From Perna viridis (Eukaryota), in assembly GCA_037379345.1 (NCBI GenBank), contig CM074524.1:21386750-21450749 (forward strand): a stretch of 64,000 nt of DNA. The letters run 5' to 3'. The translations under genes and the position numbers were made by a program. Every line of letters starts with the position of its first letter. Positions within the stretch are counted from its first letter, which is position 1. This document shows, piece after piece, positions 60,495 through 64,000 of the stretch. Under the pieces are notes generated by a model. It was not told where the DNA came from and made no database searches. It worked only from the letters and a program-made list of their open reading frames with translations.

Positions 60495-63400
60495 CTGAAA
60501 AGACACAAAATAATATTAAACAGTGAAAGCTAAACTTCTATTGGGCTGACGGTTTAAATCAGTCTGTGAGGATTTTGGTTTATCGGTAATCTGTACCTTT
60601 TTCCTTTGATCTTCTTGACAGATATTTTCCTGTCATGTACATGAAAAGATATTCAAAAATATCTGTTAAAACACTTGGAGTGATTATGACTTCACCAGAC
60701 CTTCTTTAAAGATTTGAATGAAAATGACATCACCCATCAACAGTTTGAAATGTCATTTTTTCTAAATGTACATTAAAATTATAAAAAATGCAATTATAAG
60801 ATTACTGATAAATAGTATAAAAATTACTTTCAAGTTTGATACAGACAATATCATGTAGAACATCTCAACCTGCACATACACGCTTATTGAGATATTCGAC
60901 ATGATATCGTAAAAATCAAAATCGAAAGAAGCTATTATTTCATAGTTACAAAGGTTCAATTTAGGTATGTTTTACTGTAGTAATTAATTCTATTGTAACT
61001 ATTTTGTGTTTTCCAATTGTATCTGAAAAACTTAGTATGTATTATCTCATTTTTGCAAAATTATCAAACAGTCATATTTATTAATTTAGCATTTAATAGG
61101 TCCCTCAGAATCATCTTCTGTATAAGTATTGAATTTTTGTGGTGTACTAATTTATGCTATTTTCGTAGTGGACAGAAAAGCCAGAAAAATAGTACCTGCA
61201 AAATAGATTTTTAACACTATAATACGGTTATCATTTTTGGAAATCGCAAAAGTTGATACCTGCGAATATGTTCACTTGACAGAATCTGCAAAAATTAAGT
61301 AGCTGTCTTTGTAAGAATCATGCAAAATCTGAAAAATGTGATACACCCTAAAAAAAGGCTACATATTTTTATTTTTGTATTTAAGTTATTTTATGGGTCT
61401 GTACTATGAAATGTGTAATTATTCATTCAAATCTGCCTGCTCTTAGGAGTTAATGAACATTGAAAATTCAGTAGACTCTATTGTATTTGAGCTTCATTTA
61501 CAGAGTTATCTCCCTTAATTTTGAAATCTACAGTGCATTCTATACAATTTTTATCTCCTAAGAGCATGGGTTATATGAAAAACCACGTGTTAATTTCTGT
61601 TTACTATGACATTTCAAACAAAATATCAAAAATAAAAATATGTAGGCTTTTTACCCATGAATCACATTTTGCATGATCCTTACCTGGAGTGCTACTTAAT
61701 ATGTTAACAGTATACACCAATTGTGTATTTTTTTTTATTTTTTATGTAGCAAATATTTCTATTAAAGATCAACTAAAGTTTTCAATTCTTCATATTTCAC
61801 ACTACTGGGAGAAAATTAGTTAATATACTTACTACCTATCAGTTTTTTTTCATGTGTGGAAAATTTTGTGTTTTTCTCCAAAAACTGGGTGAGGTTTTTT
61901 TTTGTGTAATTTAACATTTGCAGCAGACAGACGATACAATGAATAAAACAAAGAATAACTCTTTTAATCTTCATAAATAATTCGCATGATTTAATTTTCA
62001 CCTTCCAACTGTGACTGCAAATATAGCGAAAAATAAATCACTGTAAAAATAATCACTTATACAGTAATGGAAATGGGTTCCATGGGGTCAAAGGTAACAA
62101 GTACATACCTTCATATTCCACTATTCCAGGAGAAAGACTGGTATGTATTCTAGGAGCTCTAATGGCATCAGGTAGAGCTAATCCAAAAGAAGCCACATTT
62201 AGTAAAACCTCGGTCACACCTGAAAAAACAAAATATCTAATGTGAAAAAAATCATTCATGGGCAATAAAAAGCAGGGGTGGATTCAGATACCTTGAAAAG
62301 GAGGAGTGCCAGCCAAGGTTCTTCAGAAAAAGGGGGAGCTAGGACATCATTTGCCATTTTTTGTCAACTTTATACATGAACATGGCAAATTTTCCTATAG
62401 AAATAGGGGGTCTCTACCCCCTGCAGCCCCTCTGGATCCAAAATGCACAGCATCCAATGGCTTTAATTATTTTGACCCATTGAACTGTTACTTTTTAAAT
62501 CAATGGGATTCTAGAATTTCCTAAAAAAATGAGTTCTTATAGTATACAAAAGAAAGTTGGTTCTAGAGTGCTAACAAGCGTGTTACATAAACCAATTGTT
62601 GAAATGATTGATAGCAGTGTTATGACATACCTTGCCACAACATCAGTGGTAAAGAGAGTAACTAAAAACATCAAGTATTACATGATTGTACATGTACTTT
62701 CACTTTTTTTATTCATGGGTACCAATTTTCCTGGTTTAGGGAAAAAATGTCAATTTGTAGATTCTTATATTTGTGGATTTGACAACTCTATCATACAAAT
62801 GTATTGGAAATTTCCTTTTAGTTGATAACTGAATTTCGTGGTTTATCAAATCCACAAAAACCACGAAAATTTTACCCCACAAACAATAATACTTTCACAG
62901 CACCTACCACTTTCTATATGAAATCCATGATGTTCTATTATGGGAAAAACTTAAATGATGAGAGTACTAAATTAATAGGCCTTTACCTGCTGAAACAAAG
63001 ATGTAAATATGTTGAATCCACTACCTCGACTTGTGTAGTCTATGGTAGTATATTGGACTACATTACTCTGATATTCAAATTAATTAATCCAAATTAAATT
63101 CCTAGATAGGCATGGATATGATCAAATTTTGAAATTTACCTGATATGATTCGAGATCCATTAGATCCACCTACAACCAATCTCATTTTACATGGGGAATC
63201 TTGGTTGTACAAAACAATAGGTGTCATGCTTGAAAGTGGGCGTTTCCCTGGAGTTATATAATTCATCTAAAACAGAAAACAAACTAGTATATCATTGGTC
63301 AAAAATATTTGGTGTTGCATGATGCATAATACTGGTCATTTATATGCACCTGCAAATGACTGTATATTCAAAGAAAAAAAAAACAATTTCAAAGAACAAT

Positions 63401-63890
63401 GACCAATATGAAGTTGCACATTTTGTCATGCTAGATCTACTCCAACTAGAAATGGCAAAGTCCCATAAAACAGGAAGTTGTTACCTAACAGCAACCAAAA
63501 TCTCTAACAACTTTTGTCCCATCTACATAAAGCTACAGACTAAATTTGAAATCAATCCAATAATACAATCCATTTGGAGTTGAGATAATTGCAGCGAAAA
63601 TTCACATGTACCGAATGACGGACAAGATAATTTGATGAATTCACTCTCTATTGAAAACATTCATGACATCAAAGTGTAAAATTTTTTGTTCCTATGACTT
63701 TAAAAGGCAATTCAGTGGCAATTTTGGAGTAAAATAAGTCCAAATCAAAATACTGATAATGCTGCACACATTTTTTACCTTGTAATTTTTAGATTCGTCA
63801 TTTAGTGGATCTGCAAAGTCACCCATTTCATTATTAAGAATTATTCCAGAATCTGTCATTATCTTAGAACCAAACCAGTAGTTTATTGTC
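60319..63890 (-). CDS. GGT: Gamma-glutamyltransferase / glutathione hydrolase, 3' part (small subunit); join(63890-63779,63266-63140,62219-62109,60494-60319); 5' exons lie beyond the window
   Basis: TINYWFGS...GIILNNEMGDF, PGKRPLSSMTP, APRIH, SDYRKGG are GGT motifs; GT-AG boundaries and phases are consistent; paralog not assigned. Confidence 0.93.
61295..61699. mobile_element. Family B element nested inside another MITE
   Basis: TTAA on both sides; the host MITE matches the uninterrupted copy at ~2223-2415. Confidence 0.8.
62109..62219 (-). CDS. GGT: GGT exon
   Basis: VTEVLLNVASFGLALPDAIRAPRIHTSLSPGIVEYE|gtatgt. Confidence 0.92.
63140..63266 (-). CDS. GGT: GGT exon
   Basis: MNYITPGKRPLSSMTPIVLYNQDSPCKMRLVVGGSNGSRIIS. 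Confidence 0.92.
63779..63890 (-). CDS. GGT: GGT exon
   Basis: TINYWFGSKIMTDSGIILNNEMGDFADPLNDESKNYK|gtaaaa. Confidence 0.92.
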
Positions 63891-64000
63891 CTGAAATAGA
63901 ATACTACAATTTACAAAATTTAAAAACCCATGCTGTCAGCAAAGGGAATTAACTTAGCTAAAGTAAGACTACAGGAATAAATTCCAACTATCTCTGGAAG

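Overview
AT-rich, intron-rich animal DNA; the repeat landscape suggests a bivalve such as Mytilus (inference). I assembled three spliced genes by hand from splice sites, frame phase and protein homology. (1) An RNF217-like RBR E3 ubiquitin ligase on the minus strand: 5 coding exons, 15583->7239, about 820 aa. (2) A complete prolyl endopeptidase PREP on the plus strand: 19 exons, 19541->55061, 708 aa, Ser-Asp-His triad intact, head-to-head with the RNF217-like gene. (3) The last 4 exons of a gamma-glutamyltransferase on the minus strand, 63890->60319. The 14.8-kb first intron of PREP holds decayed transposons: a Gypsy pol, an APE-LINE fragment, a HERO/NeSL-like RT and two TIR elements. MITEs, helentron-like repeats, Penelope-like 3' ends and minisatellites fill the rest. 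No CRISPR array, tRNA or rRNA gene was seen, and I cannot support a new multi-gene system. The best leads are: a 50-aa transit-peptide-like upstream ORF whose stop overlaps the PREP start (ATGA); strong enrichment of TACATGTA, with two in-window cases of an exact CATGTA insertion at TA (Tc1/mariner footprint-like); several locally duplicated or transposon-hit splice sites that create poison options; and a conserved RNA three-way junction at the Penelope-like 3' end.
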